From: Nitrospirota bacterium
Lineage (GTDB): Bacteria > Nitrospirota > UBA9217
Assembly (NCBI GenBank): GCA_963751455.1
Contig: CAVVUN010000007.1
Location: 1-35,886 of the forward strand
DNA length: 35,886 nucleotides
Reading direction: 5' to 3'
In this document: positions 16,943 to 27,110 of the stretch, one piece after another
How positions within the stretch are numbered: the stretch's first letter is position 1
Layout: each line of letters opens with the position of its first letter
The notes under the pieces: model-generated
Seen by the model: the letters and a program-made list of their open reading frames with translations, nothing else
What the model was told of the DNA's origin: nothing
Database searches by the model: none
Position numbers and translations under genes: made by a program

Positions 16943-17845
16943 ATGGGCCTTACCTTCAAACCGGCGGACCTGCAGTCTCTCGCGTTTCTTGTACTGCTCA
17001 GTATCATCACTGTCTGCTTCTTTCCGGCGGACCACCCGGCTGTCCGGCTTCTCACGACCTATTGCTTCCTTGCAGCCGCAATCGCTGCCTTTGCCTTGTA
17101 CAGGAATCGGGCGAAAAGTGAAAAAACCGGATTATTCCTGTATACAGCGCTGACCGTAACCGTCATCTCAATCGTTTTTAACAGCCTTGGAGACCTTATA
17201 GCCGGCATCTGGTCGCGCAGGTTCGATGACGTCCTGATCATGATCGACTACTCGCTTTTCGGGGTCCACCCTACGGTCTGGATAGAAAGAATGATCAGTC
17301 CTGCTGCAACCGCGGCACTCCAGTTCGCGTACATATCGTATTACTTCATCCCTGTTTCCGTTGCGTTCGTTCTCATTTCCAAAAACAGATACGATGAATT
17401 CGAACAGGCGCTGTTCGGCATAGTGCTCTGTTTTTATCTCTCCTATATCGGATACCTGCTCATGCCTGCGGTCGGACCCCGGTTCACGCTCGACCATCTG
17501 CAGACGGTCAGCCTGCAGGCCGGGCCCTTCATAAAATCGATCCAGGAAGGCCTGGACAGGCTGGAACACAACAAGACCGATGCGTTTCCCAGCGGACACA
17601 CTGCTGTCGCGCTCATGTCGCTCTATTATTCGTGGAAGTTCAAAGAAAAGATCCTTTTCAGGCTTATGCTTCCCATGGTTGCGGCGCTTATGGTCTCGAC
17701 CGTCTATCTCCGGTATCATTATGTGATCGACGTTATCGCGGGCATTGCCTTGACTGCTGTTGCCGTCTTTCTCGCTCCGTTTGTTCACGCAGGTTTGTCA
17801 CGCACAGCCAGGCATCCTCGCAAGCAGCGTCATGGCGGCGCCTGA
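16943..17845 (+). CDS. PAP2-superfamily membrane phosphatase/phosphotransferase (AUR1/IPC-synthase-like)
   Basis: Multi-TM protein with PAVGP, AFPSGH and YLRYHYVIDV motifs. Confidence 0.85.
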   Translation: MGLTFKPADLQSLAFLVLLSIITVCFFPADHPAVRLLTTYCFLAAAIAAFALYRNRAKSEKTGLFLYTALTVTVISIVFNSLGDLIAGIWSRRFDDVLIMIDYSLFGVHPTVWIERMISPAATAALQFAYISYYFIPVSVAFVLISKNRYDEFEQALFGIVLCFYLSYIGYLLMPAVGPRFTLDHLQTVSLQAGPFIKSIQEGLDRLEHNKTDAFPSGHTAVALMSLYYSWKFKEKILFRLMLPMVAALMVSTVYLRYHYVIDVIAGIALTAVAVFLAPFVHAGLSRTARHPRKQRHGGA

Positions 17846-18388
17846 CACCAGCGGAATCACAAGGTTGTCGTTCAGCCGGAACGAAACAAGCTCTACAGCA
17901 GCAGCGACAACCGCTCCGACCAGTATAATCGGCTTGATTACCTCTACACCCGCTAGCGGAAGGAGCAACCCCACGGTCGCGGCCGCCAGAACAAACGCAA
18001 AGGTACCTTCCAGGCTTTTATCCCCGATCTTTGTTTTTCCGTAGCGCTCCCCTACTGTCGTAGCTGCAACGTCGCCAAATGCCAGAAAGCATATGGCAGC
18101 TGTTGCTATATCCGTTCGATAGAGGTACAGGGACAGGCCGATACCGAGGATGTATGCAGGCGTTCCGGTAAGCTTATGTTCCTCGTTGCTGCGGACAAAG
18201 CTCCTGAATCTCTCGAATACAAAGCGGTTGACTGCCGGATTGCGAAGGCGGAGAAGATCGAGACCAAGCACAATGACGAACAGCACGGCATAGAAAAGCA
18301 GCGCCTTTTCTCTTCCGAGAACAAAATAGAGGGAGAGAAGACCAACGCCGCCGAAGAGATGATAAAATTTACGACCGAGATGCTTCAT
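17798..18388 (-). CDS. CTP-dependent lipid kinase-like membrane protein (Dgk1/phytol/dolichol kinase family)
   Basis: RKFYH, FGDVAATTVG, KSLEGT and NDNLVIP motifs. Confidence 0.85.
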   Translation of the reverse strand: MKHLGRKFYHLFGGVGLLSLYFVLGREKALLFYAVLFVIVLGLDLLRLRNPAVNRFVFERFRSFVRSNEEHKLTGTPAYILGIGLSLYLYRTDIATAAICFLAFGDVAATTVGERYGKTKIGDKSLEGTFAFVLAAATVGLLLPLAGVEVIKPIILVGAVVAAAVELVSFRLNDNLVIPLVSGAAMTLLARMPGCA

Positions 18389-18463
18389 ACGAAAAATGAT
18401 GCAGAGCGCAGAGGGCATAGCGCGGAGCGTAAAAAATAGAATCTTAACGCCATGCTCTCTGCC

Positions 18464-19591
18464 CTATGCACTATGCGGTAATATTTTCCTTTCATAAATT
18501 CTGTACTTCTTATACAACTTCCCGCCCATCAGTTCGCAGCCTTTTTTCATCAACTCGTTGTCCTCGAGCACCCAGGACATCTCGGCCCGTTCATACCCTT
18601 TGCGCATGGCGGCTTTGAAGGACTCCAGGTAAAGCAGGCCTTCTATGCCTTTTTTTCGGAACTCCTGTCTTACGCCCATGGTAAGGACCCGGATGTCGGA
18701 TATTTTTCTCGAATACCACAGGAATTTGACAAGCTCGAACGGGCCCAGCCTGCCGTTGACCTTGCTCAAAACCTGGTTATAATCCGGGACTGCCATGAAG
18801 AAGCCGGCAGGCTTGTCGTTAATTTCAGCCATGATCAAAAGCTCCGGCACGATGAGCGGTTTCAGCCGCTTCGCCATCGATTCAATTTCCTGATCCGTCA
18901 TCGGTACGAAACCCCAGTTATGACTCCACGCAGAATTGTAGATGTCCTTTACAGCTTCAAGTTCTTTTCTGAAGTTTTTCATGTCCGCCGGACGAATCTT
19001 CAGTCCGTGTATGCGGGCTTTGAGGGCTGAAGCCAGTTTTTCAAGCCGTTCTCCAGCGGATACGTTCTTAATGATGGATATATAGGCGTATAGATCCTTG
19101 GCCTTGGTCAGTCCGCACTGTTCCATGTAATCCAGATAATACTGCGGCGTGTACGTCATCATGATCATTGGCGGTGAATCGAATCCTTCGAGAAGGAATC
19201 CGCATTCATCGTTCGTTGACGGATTCATGGGCCCGCGCATGACCTCTATGTTTCGCTCCTTGAGCCAGTCTGCGGCAGCGTTCAGGAGACCGTCCGCAAT
19301 AGTAACGTCGTCAAGACATTCGAAAAAACCGAAAAAGCCGGCTTGTTCCCTGTGTATGTTGATGTGATTGCGGTCAACAATCGCAGCGATCCTGCCCAAT
19401 ACATCGCCGTTACGGACTGCGAGGAAACAGGCTGCTTCTGCGTGGCGAAAGAAGGGGTTCTTTTTACCGAGGATGAACTTCATCTCGCTGATAAGCTGCG
19501 GCACCCAATGAGGATTCCCTTGATAGACTTTCCATGGGAAGCGGATGAATTGGTCCAATTGTTTCTTGGTTTTGACATTCTTAATGTGCAT
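18464..19591 (-). CDS. cerS: GNAT-fold protein, probable bacterial ceramide synthase
   Basis: FIRFPWKVY..PHWVP, GRIAAI, GFFGFFEC, GPMNPSTNDECG, WSHNWGFVPMT and EMSWVLEDN. Directly downstream of spt. Confidence 0.8.
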   Translation of the reverse strand: MHIKNVKTKKQLDQFIRFPWKVYQGNPHWVPQLISEMKFILGKKNPFFRHAEAACFLAVRNGDVLGRIAAIVDRNHINIHREQAGFFGFFECLDDVTIADGLLNAAADWLKERNIEVMRGPMNPSTNDECGFLLEGFDSPPMIMMTYTPQYYLDYMEQCGLTKAKDLYAYISIIKNVSAGERLEKLASALKARIHGLKIRPADMKNFRKELEAVKDIYNSAWSHNWGFVPMTDQEIESMAKRLKPLIVPELLIMAEINDKPAGFFMAVPDYNQVLSKVNGRLGPFELVKFLWYSRKISDIRVLTMGVRQEFRKKGIEGLLYLESFKAAMRKGYERAEMSWVLEDNELMKKGCELMGGKLYKKYRIYERKILPHSA

Positions 19592-19618
19592 TGTGCGATA
19601 ATGAACTTTGGATCTGCT

Positions 19619-20797
19619 TTAAATGACTCCCAGTTTTTTCCCGGCTTTTTCGAAAACGGTGAGAACCCGGTCAAGCATCTCATCAGTATGCGTAGCCATA
19701 TAGCTTGTACGGATCATGCTTCGGCCGGCCTGTGTTGCAGGCGGCACCACCGGGTTTACAAATACTCCTTCGTCGTCCAGTATTTTACCCATCATGAATG
19801 CCCGCTCCATCTCCCCCATTAACAGCGGGATGATCGGGGTCTCTGCTGCGCCGGTATCATAGCCCATCTGCCTGAAAGCCTTCATCATTTTGTTGGTATT
19901 GCTCCAGAGCCGTTCTCTGCGGTCCGGTTCTTCGTCTATGATCTCAAGCGCCGCGATAACGGCCGCAACAGAAGCGGGCGGCGGGCTCGCGGAAAAAATA
20001 AGAGGACGCGAGTTGTGTTTCATATAATGTATTGTGTCCTCGTCGGCAGCGACAAATCCGCCTATGGATGCCATGGACTTGCTGTAGGTGCCCATGATAA
20101 TGTCGACCTCCTTCTCGAGGCCGAAATGTTCGGCCGTGCCGCGGCCGGTCCTCCCGAGTACACCGACGCCATGCGCGTCGTCAACCATGACCCGGGCGCC
20201 GCATTTTCTGCTGATCTTCACGATATCGGGAAGCAAAGCAATGTCCCCTTCCATGCTGTACACTCCGTCGACGACAACAAGTTTGCCGCGATTGCCGCAT
20301 TCGGTGAGGACGTACTCGAGGCTGTTCATATCGTTATGCCTGAATTTTTTTACTTCGGCAAACGAAAGCCGGCAGGCGTCGATAATGCTGGCGTGGTCGA
20401 GTTTGTCGAGGACAACTACATCATCTTTTCCGGCAAGAGCTGATATGATCCCGAGGTTCGTCTGGTAGCCTGTCGAAAAAGTAAGAGCGGCCTGCTTCCG
20501 GAAAAAAGACGCCAGTTTCTCCTCAAGCTTTACGTGGATGTCGAGCGTGCCGTTCAGAAAGCGCGACCCGGCGCAGCCGCTGCCGTATTTCCGGATCGCT
20601 TCGATCGCGGCTTGCTTCACCTTTGGGTGGCTGGTAAGGCCAAGGTAATTGTTCGAGCCCAGCATCACCATTTTCTTCCCGCACACGGTAACTTCGGGGT
20701 CCTGCTCCGACTCCACAACCCGGAAATAAGGATAAAAACCGGCAGCCATGACCTCTTTTGCCGCCGTATACTTTTTACATTTATCAAAGCAATCCAA
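19619..20797 (-). CDS. spt: Serine palmitoyltransferase (PLP alpha-oxoamine synthase)
   Basis: YPYFR, GSNNYLGL, GSRFLNGTLDIH, DDAHG, PLP lysine motif GTYSKS (SPT-type rather than KBL GTLGKA) and FSAS. Gene context agrees. TTG start with GGAGG RBS. Confidence 0.85.
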   Translation of the reverse strand: MDCFDKCKKYTAAKEVMAAGFYPYFRVVESEQDPEVTVCGKKMVMLGSNNYLGLTSHPKVKQAAIEAIRKYGSGCAGSRFLNGTLDIHVKLEEKLASFFRKQAALTFSTGYQTNLGIISALAGKDDVVVLDKLDHASIIDACRLSFAEVKKFRHNDMNSLEYVLTECGNRGKLVVVDGVYSMEGDIALLPDIVKISRKCGARVMVDDAHGVGVLGRTGRGTAEHFGLEKEVDIIMGTYSKSMASIGGFVAADEDTIHYMKHNSRPLIFSASPPPASVAAVIAALEIIDEEPDRRERLWSNTNKMMKAFRQMGYDTGAAETPIIPLLMGEMERAFMMGKILDDEGVFVNPVVPPATQAGRSMIRTSYMATHTDEMLDRVLTVFEKAGKKLGVI

Positions 20798-20834
20798 GGC
20801 TATTTCCTCCGCTATTCGTGAAGTAGTTGCTTAT

Positions 20835-21821
20835 TCAATGTAACCAGTTCTGTTCGCGGTACCATTTCCAGGTCGCCTCCAACCCTTTCCGGAGAGGATA
20901 CGCCGGCGTGAAACCGATTTGTTTCTCTGTCGTGCTCACGTCGCAAACCCAGTATCTTTGCGCGGCCTCCCGCACTTTCTGGCGGTTTGTAATTGGCGCT
21001 CGCGATCTGAAGATGCCGCTGCATTCGTATGCGAGCCCAACAAGGTAAGCCACCGGATACGGTATTCTAACGGTATAAGCTTTCACCCCTCCTGTTGTGA
21101 GCAGCGTTTCTCTGAAGTCCGACCAGGAATATGTCCTGTTCTCGGCCACAAAATATATTCCGCCGTTCGGCGTTTGCCGTTCAGCAGCCAGGACCATGGC
21201 CGCGGAAAGATCACCGACATAGCAGGGATTGATAAAATGTTCACCGCTCCCTATCTCAAGCGTAACACCGCGGCTGGCCCAGCAGAAAAGCTCGTATACG
21301 TCTCGGTCACGAGGCCCGTATACCGCCGAAGGCCGCATTATAACCACGGGAAAGGTGTCGCGGCAGGCGAGTGTTGCCTGCTCGGCAAACATCTTGCTCC
21401 GGCCGTAATCGGATACCGGGCGCAATGGATCGCCGGCGCAAACCGGTTTGCCGTCCGGGCTCGGACCTGCTGCCGCCAGACTCGATACCAGGATGAACTT
21501 GCTGATGCCGGGGTTATGACGGGCGCATGCTTCCAACAGATTGCTCGTGCCGACGTGGTTTACCGTGTAGTAATCACGGCTGCGAATCGCCTTTGTCAGA
21601 CCTGCAGCATGAAAAACAATCGACACGCCTTTTACTGCGGGAACGAGTGATTCAGGATAGAGGCAATCTCCCCGCACTATCGCGACGGGCAAGCCGGCAA
21701 GCCACTGCGGACGGCGCGGGTCTCGTACGAGGCACGTGACTTCATACCCTCGCTGGAGGAGCAATTCCACGAGGTGACTCCCCACGAAACCCGTACCTCC
21801 GGTCACGAGCACTCTTGTCAA
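20835..21821 (-). CDS. NAD-dependent epimerase/dehydratase (extended SDR), probable ceramide/3-keto reductase CerR
   Basis: TGGTGFVG, YGRSK and RPSAVYGPRD. Immediately upstream of spt. Confidence 0.8.
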   Translation of the reverse strand: MTRVLVTGGTGFVGSHLVELLLQRGYEVTCLVRDPRRPQWLAGLPVAIVRGDCLYPESLVPAVKGVSIVFHAAGLTKAIRSRDYYTVNHVGTSNLLEACARHNPGISKFILVSSLAAAGPSPDGKPVCAGDPLRPVSDYGRSKMFAEQATLACRDTFPVVIMRPSAVYGPRDRDVYELFCWASRGVTLEIGSGEHFINPCYVGDLSAAMVLAAERQTPNGGIYFVAENRTYSWSDFRETLLTTGGVKAYTVRIPYPVAYLVGLAYECSGIFRSRAPITNRQKVREAAQRYWVCDVSTTEKQIGFTPAYPLRKGLEATWKWYREQNWLH

Positions 21822-21833
21822 ATCTGTCCTCTT

Positions 21834-21951
21834 CGCGGTGTTCCTTCGGTGATTATAGTGAATAGCGCCGGGCCCTGAGCCGCTCCGGCAGGAGCCTTCG
21901 GCTCCTTAATAGCGCGAGATTCCGCAGACGGGTCCGTGAAGGAACGCCGCG
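21834..21951 (+). ncRNA. Candidate structured RNA of unknown family
   Basis: 14-bp closing stem, inner GGGCCC/GGGTCC stem, C(UUCG)G hairpin and two further small hairpins. G-U pairs favour the + strand. Confidence 0.35.
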
Positions 21952-21991
21952 TGGTTATGTTTACGCCCAGAAGTGCGGGCGGCAGTGAGAA

Positions 21992-22978
21992 TTACCGCGA
22001 TGTCTGAGTATTGATCGGCAAGCTGCATGCAGGAGTCAGATCGCACTTGTTGCATTCAAGTTCGATCGTACTGTGTGCAATTTTGAATTTTTCATGCAGA
22101 AGCGTTCTGATCCGGTCCAGTATGTCCCTGCTCCGGCTGACCGGCTGGTCTTCAATCAGGATGTGAGCGCTCATCGCATTAACGCCGGACGTAATTGTCC
22201 AGATGTGAATGTGATACGCTTCACGGACGCCTTCGATCTCCTCGATTTCAGCAGCGACCGTTTCGAGATTCAGATGTGCGGGCACGGACTCGAGGAGTAT
22301 ACTGACCGATTCTTTTACGAGCGTCCATGCCCCGTAGATGATGACAAGGGAAATCATCACGCTGAGCAAGGGATCGATATAATTCCATCCTGTTTTAAGG
22401 ATTATAATGCCGCCTATCACAACTCCTACGGAGGAGAGCGCGTCTCCCAAAATATGGAGGTATGCTCCGCGTATATTCAGGTTCGCGTGGCTGTGCTTGG
22501 TAAGTACAAGCGCCCCCGCAATGTTGGCGATAAGACCGATTGCGGCAACACCGAGCATAAGCGTGCCTTTCACCGGTTCGGGATTGATGAAACGGAGATA
22601 GGCCTCGTACATGATATAGAGGGAAATCAGCACAAGGATTATGCCGTTCACGAAAGCGGCAAGGATCTCGAGGCGGTAGAAGCCGAACGTCCTTCTGTCC
22701 GTAGCCGGCATAGAGGCGAATTTCAGCGCGAAAAAAGAGAGGACGAGCGCCAGGTTGTCGGTAAGCATATGGCCTGCGTCTGAAAGCAGGGCCAGGCTGT
22801 TCGATAAAAATCCGCCGATGACTTCCACCACCATCATCAGTATGGTAATCGACAGTGCGATCAGCAGGTCCCGCTTCCCGGACGAGGAGGACCGCAGTTG
22901 ATGGCTATGCTCGTGATCGTGCCCGTGATCGTGATCATGGTGTGCGTGATCGGCCTTATAAAACTCTATTGCAGACAT
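21992..22978 (-). CDS. czcD: CDF family Zn/Co/Cd efflux transporter (CzcD/ZitB-like)
   Basis: His-rich N-terminus, SLALLSDAGHMLTD, NIRGAYLHILGD and HIHIW. Confidence 0.92.
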   Translation of the reverse strand: MSAIEFYKADHAHHDHDHGHDHEHSHQLRSSSSGKRDLLIALSITILMMVVEVIGGFLSNSLALLSDAGHMLTDNLALVLSFFALKFASMPATDRRTFGFYRLEILAAFVNGIILVLISLYIMYEAYLRFINPEPVKGTLMLGVAAIGLIANIAGALVLTKHSHANLNIRGAYLHILGDALSSVGVVIGGIIILKTGWNYIDPLLSVMISLVIIYGAWTLVKESVSILLESVPAHLNLETVAAEIEEIEGVREAYHIHIWTITSGVNAMSAHILIEDQPVSRSRDILDRIRTLLHEKFKIAHSTIELECNKCDLTPACSLPINTQTSR

Positions 22979-22989
22979 GTTCAATATTC

Positions 22990-23808
22990 CTATTTTTTCT
23001 CCCAGAACCTGAGCTCGGTAACGGGCCTGATCGCCCCGATTTCCGAAGCATACTTATAATAGGCGAGGAGACCTTTTTTCTCTTCTACTCCGAATCCATA
23101 ACTCAAAGAACTCCAGTAATCGAAAAGCAAGCGTGCCGGCAGGCCGAAACGTTCCGCCTGCTCGTTAGCTATTTTTTCGAGGTTACCCAGGCCGTATGCC
23201 TTCGATTCTATTAGTATATCATATAGCACGCCAAGATCGTAATCAATATCTTTTTTATAATGTACCTGCCAAAGGGCGAACACAAAAGGCAAACCGGTGA
23301 ATTCCCGCCAGAGAGCGCCAAGATCGAAGAGATGGGGATGGGTAGGCGTTTTTTCTCTTTTCAATCCGAGGTCGCCTATGAAGAGCGCTGCATCGGCTTC
23401 GGGAAACGGATCCTCCCTGCCCTGGTCGAACGCTTTGAAATGCGCATGAACGGCATGCCGAATCTCGAGCAGTATCCTGAGCAGGAGAACGGAGGTGGCC
23501 GATGCGCTCGTGAGAGCTATTGTTTTCCCGTGGAGCTCCTCGATCGGGACTCTGCTTTGAAGAATAATGCTTCTGACCCTGTCCCGGGACGTAATGGAGA
23601 GGTCAGGAAGCAAAATGTACCGGGGGCTGTTCTTTGCATATTCAATGGAGGATGACGGAGAAACGTCGATTGTACCCTCGGACAAAAGTCGGTTCAACTC
23701 GGTCGGAATGCCTTCTACGACCCTGAAAGGGAATTTTGTCTTGCCCGTAATGATGCCTGCATGGGGAGGAAAACAATTCGAATAGGTGATATGGCCTAAC
23801 GTGAGCAT
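22990..23808 (-). CDS. mqnA: Chorismate dehydratase, futalosine menaquinone pathway (MqnA/MqnD family)
   Basis: GHITYSNCFP, PTELNRLL, SATS, LFIGD and DLGALWREFTGLPFVFALW. Confidence 0.85.
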   Translation of the reverse strand: MLTLGHITYSNCFPPHAGIITGKTKFPFRVVEGIPTELNRLLSEGTIDVSPSSSIEYAKNSPRYILLPDLSITSRDRVRSIILQSRVPIEELHGKTIALTSASATSVLLLRILLEIRHAVHAHFKAFDQGREDPFPEADAALFIGDLGLKREKTPTHPHLFDLGALWREFTGLPFVFALWQVHYKKDIDYDLGVLYDILIESKAYGLGNLEKIANEQAERFGLPARLLFDYWSSLSYGFGVEEKKGLLAYYKYASEIGAIRPVTELRFWEKK

Positions 23809-23895
23809 GGATACTATGTTAATTGCGAAGCAGAAGACCGAAAATAAAAAAGGATGATTGCCGCCGGGTTGTCATATTCTTCTTCTGCTTCGAAA

Positions 23896-26800
23896 CTATG
23901 CCGCCTTTCGCTTCTTCTTAAAAAAGTTCTCCAAGTCATCGACCAGCGTATAGACTACAGGTATCACCACAAGTGTCAGCAGCGTCGATGTGATGAGGCC
24001 GCCGATCACGGCAATGGCCATAGGCGCGCGTGTTTCCGCTCCCTCCCCCAGCTTCAGCGCCGTCGGAAGCATGCCGAAGACCATTGCGGCCGTGGTCATG
24101 ACAATCGGCCGGAGCCGGACAGGTCCCGCCTTTAAAAGCGCCTCTTCACGGGACATACCCCTGTGCCTGAGCGTGATCGTATAATCAATCAGCAATATTG
24201 CGTTCTTGGTAACGAGCCCCATAAGCATGATGATGCCGATAAGGCTGAAGATGCTGACGCGTTCTCCGGTGATAAACAGAAGTCCCATGGCGCCGATCAG
24301 GCTGACGGGCAGGGAGAACATGATTGTCAGAGGATGAACGAAACTTTCGAACTGCGACGCCAGGATCATGTAGACCATAATTACGGCGATAAGCAGTGCA
24401 AACGCAATGTTCTTGAACGAATCCTGCATTGCATCCGCCATACCGACATATTTCGTGCTCAGTTCAGGGGTGAGATTATTTTTTGCGATCTTGTCGAGGT
24501 CCTTCATCGCTTCGGCCATAGGTTTTGTCTTTTCCGTTGCGGCAAAGATCGTGGCTGCGCGCTGCCGGTTGTAATGCATGATGACCGTCGGCCCTTTTCC
24601 TGTCTGGATTGAGGTGACATCCTTCAGGCGGACGAGTTCCCCGGTCCCGGAGCGGACCCAGAGTGTATCGATATCTTCTGGATGGTCCCTTTCCGACGCC
24701 AGGAGCCTCGCGGTTATATCGTACCGCTCGCCCTCCTTCTGGTCCTTGTACTTGCCTACTATTTCTCCGCCGATCATCGTATTGACTGTTGCCCCGATGG
24801 AAGCCGCGCTGACACCGAAGTTTGCGGCTTTTTCGCGGTCTATGCCGATACTCACCTCGGGTTTGCCGCTTTCGATCGAGGTGTCCACGTCCACGACACC
24901 GGGCACCTTGGCAAAGGCGTCTTTGATCGCGAGCGTCCGTCTGTTCAAATCTTCAACTTCTCTTCCCCGGACCATAAGCTGGATCGGCACAGCGCGGAAC
25001 CCGCCGCCCACCATGCCGACGAGCTCGACGGACGGTTTTAAATCAGGCATGCCGACGAGAGAGTCCCGGACCTGTTTCATCGAATCCAGTTGGATCAGGT
25101 TCCGTTCCTTGCGCTCCTTCATATTGACGTAAATCTTGCTTTTATTCACATCCGACCCGAAATCCGAACCCGTCACGTAAAACGTGCTCATCACCTCGGG
25201 CCGCTGACGCAGCTGTTCGTCGATTTTTTCCATTACGCCGTCTGCCCGCGCGAGGGAGTAATCAATGGGAGTTTCCAGCCGTACGATAAATCTGCCCTGG
25301 TCTTCAGCCGGCAGAAATTCCTTGCCGAGAACGCCAAACAACACGATACCTGCGGCAACGCTAGCTGCTGCAAGCGCAATGACCTTCCAGCGATTCTTAA
25401 GCGCGAACGCCAGCAGCGGGCGGTACACATCGTACATTTTATCGAAACCCTTCTCGAGAAACATATAGACCCGTCCGTGTTTCTTCCGGTAACTCAGGAA
25501 ACGCGAAGTCAGCATCGGCGTCAGGGTAAGAGAGACAAAGAGCGAGATAAGGACTGCGACGGTTACGGTAATGCCGAATTCGAAGAAGAATTTTCCGACG
25601 ATGCCTTTCATGAAAGCGACCGGTACGAAAACGGCTACGATCGAGAACGTCGTGGCCATCACCGCAAGTCCGATTTCGGAGGATCCTTCCATTGCCGCCT
25701 TCACCGGCGGCTCTCCTTCCTCCATTCTCCGGTAAATATTTTCGAGCACGACGATGGCGTCATCGATCAGGATACCGATCGAAAGCGACAGGCCGAGCAT
25801 GGTCATGTTGTTCAGGGTAAAGCCGAATGCCTGGATAAATGCAAAGGTTGCGATGACTGATGTGGGAAGCGCGACTGCGCTGATGAGCGTGCTCCTGACG
25901 CTTCTCAGAAACACAAAAATGATCAAGACAGCGAGGCCCGCTCCCAGCCAGAGAGACAACTGGACATCTTCAATGGAACGCCGGATAAACTTCGACTGAT
26001 CGAAGGTAATGTCGAGGTGCGTTTTCTCAGGCGGTTTTACTTTCGCAATCGCTTCCTTTACCCGCTCGGCAACGGCCACCGTATTCTCGCCGGACTGACG
26101 TTTCACGGACAGTCCAACCGCGGTTTTTCCGTTGAATCGCGTGATCGAGCGCTGGTCCTCGAGACCGTCTTCGGCGCGGCCGATATCCCGCAATTTGATC
26201 AGTTTGCCGTGCCGATAGGCGATGACGAGGTCATTGAAGGCATCAGGCGTTTCGTACTCGCCCTTTGTTTTTACCACATATTCGGTGCGGCTGTTCTCGA
26301 CCCGACCGCCCGGCACTTCACGGTGTTCCTTGCCCAGGGCCTGTTTTATATCGTCGGCAGTCAGGGAGGCTGCATCCATCTTCTCGCGGTCTATCCAGAT
26401 CCGTACCTGACGCGTTCTGCCGCCGCTCATGGTCACTGAACCGACGCCCGGGATCTTTTCAATATCCCGCTTCAGGATTTTGTCGGCGTAGTGCGTAAGC
26501 TCTTTTATGGAACGATCTCCCCACACGGCGATCCAGATGATCGGCTGGTCCTCCGGGCTGATCTTTTCGATCACCGGCGGCTCCGTATCCCGTGGCAGCC
26601 GGTTTCTGACCGCGGCCACTTTGTCGCGGACATCCTGAGCGGCCTGTTCAAGGTTTCGTTCCAGGTGAAACTCGACCGTCACAACAGACTGCTCTTCCAT
26701 GCTGCGGGAAGTAATGGATTTGACGCCGTTGATCGTGTTTACCGCTTCTTCGATTACATCAGTGACGTCGATCTCCATGATTTCGGGACTGGCGCCGATG

Positions 26801-26952
26801 AGCTTGGTTGAGATGTTTACAACCGGGAAATCGATTTTAGGAAACAAATCGAGCGCCAGCCTCGGCAGGGCAATAAGTCCGAACACGATAAGCGCCACGC
26901 CTATCATGGTTATGAAAACCGGTCGTTTAATGGATATTTCAGGAAGACGCAT
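23896..26952 (-). CDS. RND efflux transporter, AcrB/AcrD/AcrF family
   Basis: 1018 aa with [25 protein letters not shown] and RLRPIVMTT. Confidence 0.96.
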   Translation of the reverse strand: MRLPEISIKRPVFITMIGVALIVFGLIALPRLALDLFPKIDFPVVNISTKLIGASPEIMEIDVTDVIEEAVNTINGVKSITSRSMEEQSVVTVEFHLERNLEQAAQDVRDKVAAVRNRLPRDTEPPVIEKISPEDQPIIWIAVWGDRSIKELTHYADKILKRDIEKIPGVGSVTMSGGRTRQVRIWIDREKMDAASLTADDIKQALGKEHREVPGGRVENSRTEYVVKTKGEYETPDAFNDLVIAYRHGKLIKLRDIGRAEDGLEDQRSITRFNGKTAVGLSVKRQSGENTVAVAERVKEAIAKVKPPEKTHLDITFDQSKFIRRSIEDVQLSLWLGAGLAVLIIFVFLRSVRSTLISAVALPTSVIATFAFIQAFGFTLNNMTMLGLSLSIGILIDDAIVVLENIYRRMEEGEPPVKAAMEGSSEIGLAVMATTFSIVAVFVPVAFMKGIVGKFFFEFGITVTVAVLISLFVSLTLTPMLTSRFLSYRKKHGRVYMFLEKGFDKMYDVYRPLLAFALKNRWKVIALAAASVAAGIVLFGVLGKEFLPAEDQGRFIVRLETPIDYSLARADGVMEKIDEQLRQRPEVMSTFYVTGSDFGSDVNKSKIYVNMKERKERNLIQLDSMKQVRDSLVGMPDLKPSVELVGMVGGGFRAVPIQLMVRGREVEDLNRRTLAIKDAFAKVPGVVDVDTSIESGKPEVSIGIDREKAANFGVSAASIGATVNTMIGGEIVGKYKDQKEGERYDITARLLASERDHPEDIDTLWVRSGTGELVRLKDVTSIQTGKGPTVIMHYNRQRAATIFAATEKTKPMAEAMKDLDKIAKNNLTPELSTKYVGMADAMQDSFKNIAFALLIAVIMVYMILASQFESFVHPLTIMFSLPVSLIGAMGLLFITGERVSIFSLIGIIMLMGLVTKNAILLIDYTITLRHRGMSREEALLKAGPVRLRPIVMTTAAMVFGMLPTALKLGEGAETRAPMAIAVIGGLITSTLLTLVVIPVVYTLVDDLENFFKKKRKAA

Positions 26953-27110
26953 GATTTAACCTCACGTAATATAAATAATGCAGTATAAAGATGAGGGACG
27001 ATGGACGAAGCATCAATATCAGCTTTGTTGCGTCCTTCGTCCTGGTGACCCTGGCCATACATCCAGCGCAGCGTACAAGCGAACGGTCATCCGGCATCCG
27101 TTCTGACTAT

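Noticed and set aside
19619-20797. bioF or kbl annotation
   Set aside because: The GTYSKS and GSRFLNGTLDIH motifs and the flanking GNAT and SDR genes favour SPT. No bio or tdh genes are adjacent.
21861-21945. glmS ribozyme or NiCo riboswitch identity for the structured region (AGCGCC; CTGAGC)
   Set aside because: It lacks the GACGAGG core of glmS and is not upstream of glmS. It lies downstream of, and antisense to, the CDF gene.
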